Assembly (NCBI GenBank): GCA_002434805.1
Contig: DJKW01000004.1
Span: 11,936-75,935 of the forward strand
Direction of reading: 5' to 3'
Source of the DNA: Patescibacteria group bacterium UBA6532
GTDB taxonomy: Bacteria > Patescibacteriota > Minisyncoccia > Minisyncoccales > UBA6532
Length of the DNA: 64,000 nt
Of the stretch, positions 1 through 9,531 are shown piece after piece. A model generated the notes under the pieces. It was given only the letters and a program-made list of their open reading frames with translations, made no database searches and was not told where the DNA came from. Each line of letters begins with the position of its first letter. The stretch's first letter is position 1. Position numbers and translations under genes: made by a program.

Positions 1-757
1 CTAAAGAAAAGATTATTCCTTCTTTGTAGCGCTTAAAGTAAAGGGCCAAAAGCAAGATAAAAAAGGATATGGCAAAGAACATCTTCCCCAGCATTAAAAC
101 CCCGACAACCAAAGAATAAAGCATTAGCTTGAAGATTGAGGGTTTTTTAATGTAGTTATAGAGAAGATAAGCTGTTAGGGAGACGGCAAAAATCATTAAC
201 ATTTCAGCTAAAGGCTGGATTAAAGCGATGTGGACAGATGGAGAAAAAATCAGCAAAACCGAGGAGAAAAAGGCAACGCTTAAAGAAAAAAGATTTTTAA
301 GAAGCAAAAAGAATAAAACAACAGCCAGACTTATTAGAATAAAGTTCAAAAGAATGGAGGCTACAAAGACCAGACCGTAAGAAGGAGCCAAAAAAGCCTG
401 AAGAGGAATTGAAGTTAAAGAAATTAAAAATGGGTAAAGAGGGCGATTAAGAAAAACATGGTTCTCAAAGTATTGAGGAGTAAAATTAAGGGCAAGCTCT
501 AAATAGTTCCCCACATCACCGCTTAAACGGTATTCGGAAGAAATCAAAGGATAGACCTCGCTTAAAAGGAAATTATCACTATCCCCAACCTGAAACTTTG
601 GAAGATAAGAATCAATAGACAGCCAGTTATCGTTAGAACCTACGGCCGGAAATGAAAAACTAAAGATTAGCTGAAAAAATACGAGGGAAATTAAAACAAA
701 AATCAAAAACCGTTTCTTAAAAAACAATTCTTTAATTTTCAATAAATAATTTGCCAT
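1..757 (-). CDS. Integral membrane protein, GT-C-like glycosyltransferase candidate (3' end runs off window)
   Basis: Absent from the ORF track because it exits the window. Manual translation from ATG 757..755 gives MANYLLKIKELFFKKRFLIFVLISLVFFQLIFSFSFPAVGSNDNW...FQVGDSDNFLLSEVYPL... and stays open to position 2. Several hydrophobic spans; the GDS loop after TM1 resembles the paralog at 5739..6860. Confidence 0.55.
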   Translation of the reverse strand, partial: MANYLLKIKELFFKKRFLIFVLISLVFFQLIFSFSFPAVGSNDNWLSIDSYLPKFQVGDSDNFLLSEVYPLISSEYRLSGDVGNYLELALNFTPQYFENHVFLNRPLYPFLISLTSIPLQAFLAPSYGLVFVASILLNFILISLAVVLFFLLLKNLFSLSVAFFSSVLLIFSPSVHIALIQPLAEMLMIFAVSLTAYLLYNYIKKPSIFKLMLYSLVVGVLMLGKMFFAISFFILLLALYFKRYKEGIIFSL

Positions 758-801
758 TGATTTTCTTTAATAATATTATATAATTGAGAATAAGAAAAGG
801 T

Positions 802-1449
802 ATGAAGAATATTGTTATTGGCAAAAAAAGCGAAATTGATAAAAGAGCAATTATTGGCCAAAAAACCGGCAGAAAAATTAAAAGCCGGAAACTTAGTATT
901 GGCAGGAAGGCCAAGATTAGATCTAACTCTGTCATTTATGAAGGAAGCAAAATCGGTAATAATTTGGAAACCGGCCACAATGTTTTAATCCGGGAAGAAA
1001 ATGTAATCGGAAACAATCTTTGTATTTGGACCAACTCTATAATCGATTATAGATGCAAAATCGGCAACAATGTCAAAATTCAAAATAATTGCTATGTCGC
1101 CCAATTTACCACTATTGAAGATGATGCTTTTTTGGGCCCGGGGGTCGTTATTGCTAATGATCGTTACCCGGTCTCCCCTTCTACTCCAAAATATCTTAAA
1201 GGCCCTGTTATTAAAAAGGGAGCAAAAATTGGAGCTAATGTCACTTTACTGCCCGGCGTAACAATCGGAGAATATTCCTTAATAGGAGGAGGAGCAGTAG
1301 TAGTAAGCGATATTCCTCCAGGTAGCGTAGCTTTTGGCAATCCAGCTGCTGTTAAAAAGACTATTGATCAATTAATTAATCCTTATTCTAAAAAAAAGGT
1401 TTATGCCAAGATTTTGCCAAAGCTAAAAAAGATTTTAAAGAAAAAATGA
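802..1449 (+). CDS. Left-handed beta-helix (hexapeptide-repeat) sugar N-acetyltransferase, WbpD/PglD-like
   Basis: Hexapeptide repeats ([46 protein letters not shown]). The track ORF starts at TTG 784; ATG 802 is preferred. The stop overlaps the next gene as ATGA. Confidence 0.8.
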   Translation: MKNIVIGKKSEIDKRAIIGQKTGRKIKSRKLSIGRKAKIRSNSVIYEGSKIGNNLETGHNVLIREENVIGNNLCIWTNSIIDYRCKIGNNVKIQNNCYVAQFTTIEDDAFLGPGVVIANDRYPVSPSTPKYLKGPVIKKGAKIGANVTLLPGVTIGEYSLIGGGAVVVSDIPPGSVAFGNPAAVKKTIDQLINPYSKKKVYAKILPKLKKILKKK

Positions 1450-2555
1450 AGATTCCATTAGTTGATATTCAAACTCAGTATCAAAATCTTTCTCAAGAGA
1501 TAAACGAAAAAGTACTCTATGTAATGAAAAGGGGTGATTTTATTTTAGGGGAAGAAGTAAAGCTCTTTGAAGAAGACTTTACCAAATATTGTCAAACCAA
1601 ATACGCTCTTGGGGTGAGCTCTGGCACTGATGCTTTAAAACTTAGCCTTCTGGCTGGCGGAGTTAAAGAAGGAGACGAAGTAATTACGGCAGCCAATACT
1701 TTTGTGGCTACGGTTGATGCAATTTCCCAGACAGGGGCAAAGCCAGTCCTAATAGATATTAATCCTGATAATTATAATCTTGACTTAAATCAATTAGAAA
1801 AGGCCGTTACCAAAAAAACCAAAGCCATAATACCAGTCCATCTTTACGGCCAGCCGGTTGATATGGATAAAGTTAAAGAAATTGCCCAAGCTAATAATTT
1901 ATTAGTTGTTGAAGACGCCTGCCAGGCCCATGGAGCTGAATATAAAGGAAAAAGAACTGGATCTTTAGGCGATATTGCAGCTTTCAGCTTTTATCCCGGG
2001 AAAAACCTGGGAGCCTTCGGTGACGGAGGGGCAATAACAACCAATAATGAAGAGTTTGCTGAAAAAATAAGAATGCTTAGGCATTACGGCCAAAAAAAGA
2101 AGTATTTTCACGAAATTAAAGGTTTTAATAATCGTCTTGATACTATTCAAGCTGCTGTCTTAAGGGTTAAGTTAAAACACTTGGATGAATGGAATAAAGC
2201 CAGGGGCAACTGGGCTCAAAAATACACTGAATTACTAAAAGAAACCTCTTTAATAACTCCGAAAATAGAGTCCTGGGCTGATCACGTTTTCCATCTCTAT
2301 GTTGTTAGATCTCAAAAAAGAGATGAACTCATTAACTTTCTTAAAGAGAAAGAAATTGGAGCTGGCATTCACTATCCAGTTCCCATACACTTTCAAGAAG
2401 CTTATAAGGATTTAGGACATAAAAAAGGAGACTTCCCAATGACAGAAAAAGCAGCCAATGAAATTATTTCTTTGCCAATGTTTCCTGAATTAACAGAAGA
2501 AAAAATCAATTATATAGTTAAAGCTATCAAAGAATTTGAAAAAGCTAATAGTTAA
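1446..2555 (+). CDS. DegT/DnrJ/EryC1/StrS-family PLP-dependent sugar aminotransferase
   Basis: 369 aa. Family-typical strings: [49 protein letters not shown]. Confidence 0.9.
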   Translation: MKIPLVDIQTQYQNLSQEINEKVLYVMKRGDFILGEEVKLFEEDFTKYCQTKYALGVSSGTDALKLSLLAGGVKEGDEVITAANTFVATVDAISQTGAKPVLIDINPDNYNLDLNQLEKAVTKKTKAIIPVHLYGQPVDMDKVKEIAQANNLLVVEDACQAHGAEYKGKRTGSLGDIAAFSFYPGKNLGAFGDGGAITTNNEEFAEKIRMLRHYGQKKKYFHEIKGFNNRLDTIQAAVLRVKLKHLDEWNKARGNWAQKYTELLKETSLITPKIESWADHVFHLYVVRSQKRDELINFLKEKEIGAGIHYPVPIHFQEAYKDLGHKKGDFPMTEKAANEIISLPMFPELTEEKINYIVKAIKEFEKANS

Positions 2556-2570
2556 TAAAAGACTAAAATA

Positions 2571-2602
2571 AAAATAGCTGCGACAATCGCAGCTATTTTT
2601 TT
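2571..2602. terminator. Bidirectional intrinsic terminator between convergent genes
   Basis: 9-bp stem atagctgcg/cgcagctat (2574-2582 / 2588-2596), 5-nt loop, A-run upstream and T-run downstream. Confidence 0.75.
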
Positions 2603-3306
2603 ATTCTTAGTTTAAGATAAATTACTGGCCTTATTATCTTCCACCAGTCAATAAAAGGCCTGATTTTACTAGTTTTTTTATTGGGGTAAATCTTGGTTAC
2701 CGGCACCTCTTTAACCCTATAGCCCAAGGTTACTGCTTTACAATGCAAGTAAGGCTCTAATTCGTAAGCATTCAGCCACTCCTGATTAATATTTATTCTT
2801 TCGTCTTTAATAAATTCTTTGGTATAAGCTCGAAAGCCATTGGTAAAATCAGTAAATCTTTTACCAACCAAAAGAGATGAGAATAAGAAAAAAACCTTAG
2901 ATAATAAAACTCTATAAAAAGGGGTATTGCCCCATTTTCCGCCTTTCATGTAACGAGATCCCTGAATGTAATCATACCCTTCTTCCACAATCGGCTTTAA
3001 TAATCTATCCACTTCTTGTGGATTATCTTTGTCATTCCCGGCGCAAACCACAATTATGTCAAAGTTATGAGTAAGGGCATATTTAATGCCGGTTCTAATT
3101 CCCGCTCCAATTCCCTTTCTCTTTTGATGAAAAAGAATAGTGGCTCCCTTGGACCTAGCAACTTCAGGACTATCATCAGTACTTCCATCGCTTATAACGC
3201 AAATTTCATCAATAGGGGTTCCTTTTGCTTTATCCACCACTCTGCCGATAAGTTCTTTTTCGTTAAAAACCGGGACTATTAAAATAATTCTTTTATTCTT
3301 ATACAT
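2593..3306 (-). CDS. GT2 polyprenyl-phosphate glycosyltransferase (DPM1/ArnC/GtrB-like)
   Basis: 237 aa. IILIVPVFNEKE, VISDGSTDDS and a DxD-type region (CAGNDKDNP); overall DPM1-like layout. Confidence 0.8.
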   Translation of the reverse strand: MYKNKRIILIVPVFNEKELIGRVVDKAKGTPIDEICVISDGSTDDSPEVARSKGATILFHQKRKGIGAGIRTGIKYALTHNFDIIVVCAGNDKDNPQEVDRLLKPIVEEGYDYIQGSRYMKGGKWGNTPFYRVLLSKVFFLFSSLLVGKRFTDFTNGFRAYTKEFIKDERININQEWLNAYELEPYLHCKAVTLGYRVKEVPVTKIYPNKKTSKIRPFIDWWKIIRPVIYLKLRIKK

Positions 3307-4297
3307 TTATTAATTTGCCGTTTGAATCCAAAGACTTTTGAATTTTTTCTAATATTTTTACGATCTTCACTCCCCTTTTGCCATCAGTTAAGGGAGTCTT
3401 CTTTTTTTTTAAGCAATCAATAAAGTGCTGGCACTCAACTCGTAAAGGCTCTTTTTGTTTTACTTTAGGATAACTAACTCCTTTGTCGTAAAAAGATATT
3501 TTCTTTGATTTCTTAAAAGCCGACCAATTAATGCCTTTGTTATAAAGAACCAGGGGTTTTTCGCGATCTATATCATTGTAAACCAGCATCTTTTTGCTCC
3601 CGACAATAATCATGCCCCGCTCTTTAGTAGGATATAACCAAGCAACACTAATGCGAGATGAAATATGGTTTGGAAACTCCAAATCAATAAAACCAAAATC
3701 CTCCAAGCTCTTCTTTAAAGAGTTATGCCCTTTAGCTGAAACTCTTAAAGGATTTTTGTCTAATAAATAAGTAATAATGGAAATGTCATGGAAAGCAAAA
3801 TCCCAGACCACGCTAACATCAGAACGAATAGGACCTGGGCTAAGTCTTGAAGAAAAAATAAAATAAATCTTGCCCAGCTCCCCTTTCTTTATAATTTCCT
3901 TAATTTTCCTGACCAAAGAATTATATTCAAAAACGTGCCCTACCATTAAAATTTTTCTTCTTTTCTTGGCTAAACTGATTAATTTTTCTCCTTCGCTTGA
4001 TTTAAGAGTTATGGGTTTTTCGGCAAAAACGTGCTTTCCTGATAGTAAACTCTCTTTAATTAAAGAATAATGAGTGGCAGCTTGAGTGATAACAGCCACA
4101 GCGTCAATTTGGGGATTTCTTAAAATATCTTTGTAATTTTGAGTTGTGATAATTTGGGGATAAAGCTTTTTAATCTTTGTTAAATTCTCCGGGATTAAAT
4201 CAGCAACCATCTTTACCTGGCAACCTTTTATTGCCTGGAAATTCCTCATTATGTTTGGCCCCCAATAACCACAACCTATAATTCCAATGTTTATCAT
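3299..4297 (-). CDS. Gfo/Idh/MocA-family NAD-dependent sugar oxidoreductase (WbpB-like)
   Basis: N-terminal Rossmann motif IGIIGCGYWGPN, then EKP(I), typical of the family; 332 aa. Confidence 0.8.
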   Translation of the reverse strand: MINIGIIGCGYWGPNIMRNFQAIKGCQVKMVADLIPENLTKIKKLYPQIITTQNYKDILRNPQIDAVAVITQAATHYSLIKESLLSGKHVFAEKPITLKSSEGEKLISLAKKRRKILMVGHVFEYNSLVRKIKEIIKKGELGKIYFIFSSRLSPGPIRSDVSVVWDFAFHDISIITYLLDKNPLRVSAKGHNSLKKSLEDFGFIDLEFPNHISSRISVAWLYPTKERGMIIVGSKKMLVYNDIDREKPLVLYNKGINWSAFKKSKKISFYDKGVSYPKVKQKEPLRVECQHFIDCLKKKKTPLTDGKRGVKIVKILEKIQKSLDSNGKLINV

Positions 4298-4308
4298 TTT
4301 TATAATAA

Positions 4309-5700
4309 TTATTTATTAAAACTAAAATTTATCAGCCCAATAAATGGTCTAAAGTTTCTTTTTAGATCGTTAAAGCTCCTTATCTTCATTAGCCTTTTTA
4401 AAATATAAAATGGCCTCATATAGAACTGCTGATAGGCCTTTTTGTAGTAATAAAGTACCTTTTCAGAGGAAATAGTTGGTAGCTTCATTACAGGCATAGA
4501 GAAGTTATAATCTTCCCAATTTTTGTGCATTAAAAGATTATTACTTTCTGCCCAGGCAAACATTTGGGTACCAGGATAGGGAGTGGTGATGTTAAATATA
4601 GCTAAATCTGGATCTAAAAAAATAGCGTATTTAATGGTTTTTTGAATAGTTTCCTCGGTTTCTCCGGGATTACCTATCATAAAAGCTAATCTGGTGTCTA
4701 TTCCCGCCTTTTTGGTAGCAGCTATTGTTTCCTCAACTTTCTCAAGAGAAATTCTCTTTTGAATATTTTTTAATATTTCCGCATCTCCAGATTCAATCCC
4801 ATACATTACCTGGTGACAACCAGCCTCCTTCATTATTTTAAGCGTTTCTAAATCAACCGTATCCACCCTTGAAAAACAACTCCAGGTTAAATCCATTTTG
4901 TTTTCTAAAATAAGGTTGCAGAATTCTTTTACTCTATTTCTATTACTGGTAAAAGTATCGTCATAAAAAACAATATCTTTTATTCCATGTTTTTCTTGCA
5001 AAAGCTTTATTTCCTCAACCATCTTTTCGGCTGTTTTAAATCTTATCCTCGCTCCAAACAAATCACCGTTACAAAAAGTACATCTTCCCGGGCAACCCCG
5101 AGAAGTAATCATGCCAAAAGAAGGTTCTCTTTTATAGCTTCCGGCAGCTGAATAGTATTTATTAACCGGCAAGATATCGTAAGCTAAAAACGGGAAAATA
5201 TTAAGATCTGGGATTATGGGTTGTGGTTCATTTATAATAAGCTTGCCATCTCTTTTAAATCCGATTCCATTAATTTCTTCTGGATTTTTACCGGAAAGTA
5301 ATTCTATAAGACTATTTTCCCCTTCTCTCATGACAATGTAATCTACTTCTTTTTTGGCTAGAATTTCTCTTGGCATTACCGTAGTATGGACGCCCCCAAA
5401 TATTATTTTAGTATTTGGATACTTTTTTCTAACTATTTTAGATATCTCTAAAGCGTTATTGATAAGAAGAGTAGTAGCTGTAATTCCAATAAATTTTGGA
5501 GGAGAATCCGGCAAATGCTCTTCAAATTTGTCTAATCCTACCTGTAAAGCATTAAAGTCTAAAATAGAAACGGAAAAACCTTTTTCTCTTGATATGGCTG
5601 CTAAAAGGGCTAAACCAAAAGGCGGCAAACAAGCAGAAACACTTTTCCATATGTTTCCTGATTTTTTATACCAAGGTGGATTTATAAATAATATATCCAT
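4309..5700 (-). CDS. B12-binding-domain radical SAM enzyme (class B)
   Basis: N-terminal cobalamin-binding-type region (ILFINPPW...LPPFGLALLAA), then the radical SAM cluster motif SRGCPGRCTFC; 463 aa. Confidence 0.8.
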   Translation of the reverse strand: MDILFINPPWYKKSGNIWKSVSACLPPFGLALLAAISREKGFSVSILDFNALQVGLDKFEEHLPDSPPKFIGITATTLLINNALEISKIVRKKYPNTKIIFGGVHTTVMPREILAKKEVDYIVMREGENSLIELLSGKNPEEINGIGFKRDGKLIINEPQPIIPDLNIFPFLAYDILPVNKYYSAAGSYKREPSFGMITSRGCPGRCTFCNGDLFGARIRFKTAEKMVEEIKLLQEKHGIKDIVFYDDTFTSNRNRVKEFCNLILENKMDLTWSCFSRVDTVDLETLKIMKEAGCHQVMYGIESGDAEILKNIQKRISLEKVEETIAATKKAGIDTRLAFMIGNPGETEETIQKTIKYAIFLDPDLAIFNITTPYPGTQMFAWAESNNLLMHKNWEDYNFSMPVMKLPTISSEKVLYYYKKAYQQFYMRPFYILKRLMKIRSFNDLKRNFRPFIGLINFSFNK

Positions 5701-5738
5701 AAATAAACTTTAACAAATTCATTGTTAATAATCAAATA

Positions 5739-6860
5739 CTATAAAATACCCAAAAATTGAGCTATTTTATCAACAAAAGCAATATTGGTATTTATTAAAA
5801 CAAAATAATAATTAAAAACTAAAATAAATAAAATAAGAAGAGAAATCATTAATATTCCTTTCTTTTCACCGAGTTTTTGCCAGAAAAAATCCAAACCATA
5901 GGTCGCTAAAATGATTCCCAGGGGAGCAAAATAGAAAACAGTTCTTGCCCCAGCCCAAGTAGACCAAAACAAAAAGACAAAAGAAGAAGGAATGAGGGCT
6001 AAAAATATCTTCATTCTCTCCCAGTTTTTCTCCTTTAATTCTCGCCAGAGACCGATGAAAACAAAAGGCCAGAGTATCCCTATGACTATGAAAAGCTGAC
6101 CAATGTAGCGAAAAGAGGACAAAATCAACCCCTCTCCCTCCGTACCTGCCCGACCTATAAGATAGTTATGGAAAGCGGTAAAATGAAAATATTTAAAAGT
6201 CCAGGCTTGCCATATTAAAATGGGGGCCAAGAAAAATATTCCAAAATATAATATTTTTATAATTTTTTCTTTAACCACGAGGTTTCTTGAAAGTAAAATC
6301 ATTGAACCAAAAAACAAGGCTCCCAATCCTCCGCTTTCTTTCATTAAAAACCCTAAGCCCGCAAGAAATCCGTTCGCTGGAATTAATCTCTTATTTTTAC
6401 TTTTAAAATAAAGCAGAGTTAAAAATATTGAAAGAAGGTAAAAAAACCATCCTCCAGCATCTGTCAGGTAGGAAATGCCGTTAGATAAAACCTGGACTGA
6501 AACGACAAAGAATATTGAAGCAAGCATAGCCTGCCTTTGATTTTGGTAAATCAGTTCGGTTATCTTGAAAATTAAAAAGGTACACAGCAAATAAAAAAAT
6601 ATATTCTGGACAATTAATCCTGATCCTCTTGCCAAAGGTTCAAAGGGAAGAGCTAATAACGGGCCCAAGGGAGTAACCAGGCGACGAAGACTTAAGCCTG
6701 TTTCATCTCCCTGAAACCAATGAATAAGACCGATATATTCTGGGCTGTCACCGTATTCTTGAAACCCAAAAATTAAAAAAATCGCTCCCATGTTTAAAAG
6801 AGCAAAGAATAAAGCGAAAATCAAATATTTGTGGTTTTTAAGCTTCTCTAAAATATCCAT
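5739..6860 (-). CDS. Polytopic membrane protein, GT-C-like glycosyltransferase or polymerase candidate
   Basis: 373 aa with about 10 hydrophobic spans. First loop QEYGDSPEY resembles the acidic first-loop motif of GT-C enzymes. Paralogous in feel to the 1..757 ORF. Confidence 0.5.
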   Translation of the reverse strand: MDILEKLKNHKYLIFALFFALLNMGAIFLIFGFQEYGDSPEYIGLIHWFQGDETGLSLRRLVTPLGPLLALPFEPLARGSGLIVQNIFFYLLCTFLIFKITELIYQNQRQAMLASIFFVVSVQVLSNGISYLTDAGGWFFYLLSIFLTLLYFKSKNKRLIPANGFLAGLGFLMKESGGLGALFFGSMILLSRNLVVKEKIIKILYFGIFFLAPILIWQAWTFKYFHFTAFHNYLIGRAGTEGEGLILSSFRYIGQLFIVIGILWPFVFIGLWRELKEKNWERMKIFLALIPSSFVFLFWSTWAGARTVFYFAPLGIILATYGLDFFWQKLGEKKGILMISLLILFILVFNYYFVLINTNIAFVDKIAQFLGIL

Positions 6861-6862
6861 TA

Positions 6863-7819
6863 TTAAATTACCTTTTTAAAATATTCAATTGTCTTTACAA
6901 GGCCGTCTTCAAGAGAAATTTTTGGTTCCCAATCTAATTTCTCTTTAGCTAAACTAATATCTGGCTTCCTTTTTTTAGGATCGTCAGACGGTAAATCGCG
7001 ATAAATAATATTGCTTTTACTCTCTGGAATTAACTCTAATATTTTTTCCGCTAACTCTTTTACGGTAAATTCTTTAGGATTGCCTAAATTAACCGGCCCC
7101 CAAAATCTACTATTATTTTCCATCATTTTTATCAGCCCCCCTATTAAATCATCAATGTATTGAAAAGCCCTGGTTTGGCTCCCATCACCATAAATAGTAA
7201 TGGGTTCCTGTTTCAATGCTTGAACAATAAAATTAGAAACCACCCTTCCGTCATTAGGGTGCATATTAGGGCCGTAAGTATTAAATATCCTAACAATTCT
7301 AATATCCACCTTTCTTTGTCTACGATAATCAGCACAAAGCGTTTCAGCGCACCTCTTTCCTTCATCATAACAGGCTCTAATACCAACAGGATTAACGTTT
7401 CCTAAATAGCTTTCTGATTGAGGATGTTCTAAAGGATCGCCATAAATCTCAGAAGTGGAAGCCTGAAGAATTCTAGCGCCGGTTTTTTTTGCCAAATCCA
7501 GCATATTTAAGGTACCTATAACATTGGTCCTCACAGTTTCTATGGGGTTGTGTTGATAGTGAACAGGAGAAGCAGGACAAGCTAAATGATAAATCTGATC
7601 AATATTCTCTAGAGAAATGGGTTTTGTTACGTCATGCTCTATTAATTTAAAATCCGGATTTTCCAATAAATCCTTGATATTGTCTTTGCTTCCAGTAAAA
7701 AAATTATCGAGACAAATCACTTTGTTGCCCCGTTCTCTTAATAACTCCTGGCAAAGATGGGATCCTATGAATCCCGCTCCTCCAGTAACTAAAATTGTTT
7801 TTTCTCTTAAAGTTGGCAT
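6863..7819 (-). CDS. UDP-glucuronate decarboxylase (UDP-xylose synthase, SDR family)
   Basis: [57 protein letters not shown]: near-textbook UXS signature. Confidence 0.85.
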   Translation of the reverse strand: MPTLREKTILVTGGAGFIGSHLCQELLRERGNKVICLDNFFTGSKDNIKDLLENPDFKLIEHDVTKPISLENIDQIYHLACPASPVHYQHNPIETVRTNVIGTLNMLDLAKKTGARILQASTSEIYGDPLEHPQSESYLGNVNPVGIRACYDEGKRCAETLCADYRRQRKVDIRIVRIFNTYGPNMHPNDGRVVSNFIVQALKQEPITIYGDGSQTRAFQYIDDLIGGLIKMMENNSRFWGPVNLGNPKEFTVKELAEKILELIPESKSNIIYRDLPSDDPKKRKPDISLAKEKLDWEPKISLEDGLVKTIEYFKKVI

Positions 7820-7904
7820 GTAAATAATCTGCTTTTAGTATACAAAAATTTGCCTTTTTGTCTACCTAGGCCCCCCTATTAAACCCAGGAAGAAATCACT
7901 AATC

Positions 7905-7933
7905 TTGACAAATTCTTAAAATTATAGTAAAAT
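7905..7933 (+). promoter_or_regulatory. Sigma70-type promoter candidate for the HIT gene
   Basis: TTGACA (7905-7910), 17-nt spacer, TAAAAT (7928-7933). Confidence 0.55.
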
Positions 7934-7950
7934 AGGAACAGTGAAATTGA

Positions 7951-8355
7951 TTGGCAGAATTCCCTGAACCGATGGAAGAATCTGTTTTCTATGAGGATGA
8001 AAAACTCTATGCTTGTCTTGGATTTCATAAAAATCACGTTGAAGGAAAAACCATAATTGCCTGGAAGAAAGATATTGAGGATCTAAATGATCTTTCTCAA
8101 GAAGACTACCAACACTTAATGGAAATCGTGTGGGCTGTTAGGAAAGCCCTAATGAAGGCTTACGATACAAAAAAAGTCTATCTTGCTTATCTTGATGAAA
8201 CACGACATGTCTATTGGCATCTTTTTCCGAGAAAGCAAGGCGGCATTGAAGGATTCGATCTAATGACTCTACCTCAAGAAGATACACCAAAAGAGGATCT
8301 AGAAATGGTTTCCTCGCTTCGCTCTCTCACAATAGAAAACTTAGGAACAAAATAA
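7951..8355 (+). CDS. HIT-family protein with atypical triad (HVYWHLFPR)
   Basis: VFYEDEKLYACL...GKTIIAWKK...HVYWHLFPR aligns to the HIT fold. The start is TTG just after an in-frame TGA; the alternative ATG is at 7972. About 43% GC against a roughly 30% background. Confidence 0.6.
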   Translation: MAEFPEPMEESVFYEDEKLYACLGFHKNHVEGKTIIAWKKDIEDLNDLSQEDYQHLMEIVWAVRKALMKAYDTKKVYLAYLDETRHVYWHLFPRKQGGIEGFDLMTLPQEDTPKEDLEMVSSLRSLTIENLGTK

Positions 8356-8415
8356 GGCGGCTCAATAACATTGACGTCCACCCTTTTTTATTCCAAAAAA
8401 CACCGGAAATTTAGG

Positions 8416-9531
8416 TTAAAAAAGCATTGAGATTTTTTTAACTCGGTTATCCCAAGTGTATTGCTTTACATCTAAAAAAGCTTGCTCTGAAATTTTATTA
8501 GCTAACCCTGGATTTTCCAGGGCTTTTTTAATACCTTCAGCTAGCTCCTCTGGACTATCTGGCTTAACCAAAATTGCATTTCCTTCATTTAAGACTTCTC
8601 TTAAAGATGGTAAATCTGAAGATATAATTGGTTTTTTGGCAGCCATGTATTCAAAAAGCTTTAATGGTGACGTCCAACTTTTTGAAATTTCTTCTTTAGC
8701 AGAATTTGGCAGAACTAAAACATCAGAAGCCCTGAGCCAGCAAGGAATTTCAGAGTATGGCTTATGACCAACGATTTTAAGTTTGAGATTTAAGGTTTGA
8801 AGTCTGAAGTCTCGAATATCTTTAGTGGTGCCACCTACAAAATAAACCTCTACATTGGCTGGCAAGTATTCGCTGGCTGCAACCAAAGTTTGAACTCCCT
8901 TCCATTGATATAAATGTCCGGTATAAAGGACTATTTTTTTATCTAATGGTAAATTCAGTTTTTTACGACACTCTTCTTTTGTTTCTTTTATATTAAATTT
9001 TTCCAGGTCTACTCCGTCTGAAGCAACTAAAATTTTATCTGGAGATATCCCCTTTTGGACAAATAAATCCTTGAGTTTTTGAGTAATAACCACTATTCCC
9101 TTTAATCTCTTAAAAAACGGGGAATATAAGGAATAATTCCTGGGAAACGTATGAGCTTCAAAAAACACGTTTTTCTTCAAAAAGGTTAAAGGTAAAAGAA
9201 GAACATTTCTGGTATAAATCAAACTGGGATTTTTAAAGAGAAGGTAAAAAAACAAGGAAATAAAGTAAGTAAAGCTTTCCACCCAAAGCCCAAGATGTCC
9301 AATATATTTATCTAAGACAATCAAATCTAAACAAGGAAGCTTCTTTATCTCAAAAGACCTCTTTATACCATAATATTGGAAGGGATCTGTTTTGATGTAG
9401 TTAAATCTTTTGGGGATAACTAATTCAACATCAAACTTTGAATTGGCAAAAGTCCGGCACATTTGCATTATTTGAATTCCATGGGCTTTTTCGGTAGGAA
9501 TTCTTGCGTTGGCAATATAGATTAAAGTCAT
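8416..9531 (-). CDS. GT-B glycosyltransferase (GT4-like)
   Basis: MTLIYIANARIPTEKAHGIQ N-terminus and C-terminal PLKLFEYMAAKKPII (EX7E-like). Start moved to ATG 9531, which forms an ATGA overlap with the stop of the upstream gene. Confidence 0.8.
   Translation of the reverse strand: MTLIYIANARIPTEKAHGIQIMQMCRTFANSKFDVELVIPKRFNYIKTDPFQYYGIKRSFEIKKLPCLDLIVLDKYIGHLGLWVESFTYFISLFFYLLFKNPSLIYTRNVLLLPLTFLKKNVFFEAHTFPRNYSLYSPFFKRLKGIVVITQKLKDLFVQKGISPDKILVASDGVDLEKFNIKETKEECRKKLNLPLDKKIVLYTGHLYQWKGVQTLVAASEYLPANVEVYFVGGTTKDIRDFRLQTLNLKLKIVGHKPYSEIPCWLRASDVLVLPNSAKEEISKSWTSPLKLFEYMAAKKPIISSDLPSLREVLNEGNAILVKPDSPEELAEGIKKALENPGLANKISEQAFLDVKQYTWDNRVKKISMLF

Noticed and set aside
732-978. Two minus-strand ORFs (732-935 and 739-978) overlapping the acetyltransferase start.
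   Set aside because: They are in different frames from the real membrane-protein ORF (ATG 757, open to the window edge). They overlap the hexapeptide-repeat gene and translate to low-complexity sequence.
9528-9531. Alternative genetic code (UGA sense, as in some candidate phyla).
   Set aside because: TGA terminates conserved proteins at their expected ends (for example the AsnB-like and GT4 genes in ATGA overlaps, and the Doc-like gene). Conserved ORFs contain no in-frame TGA. Standard code 11 fits.
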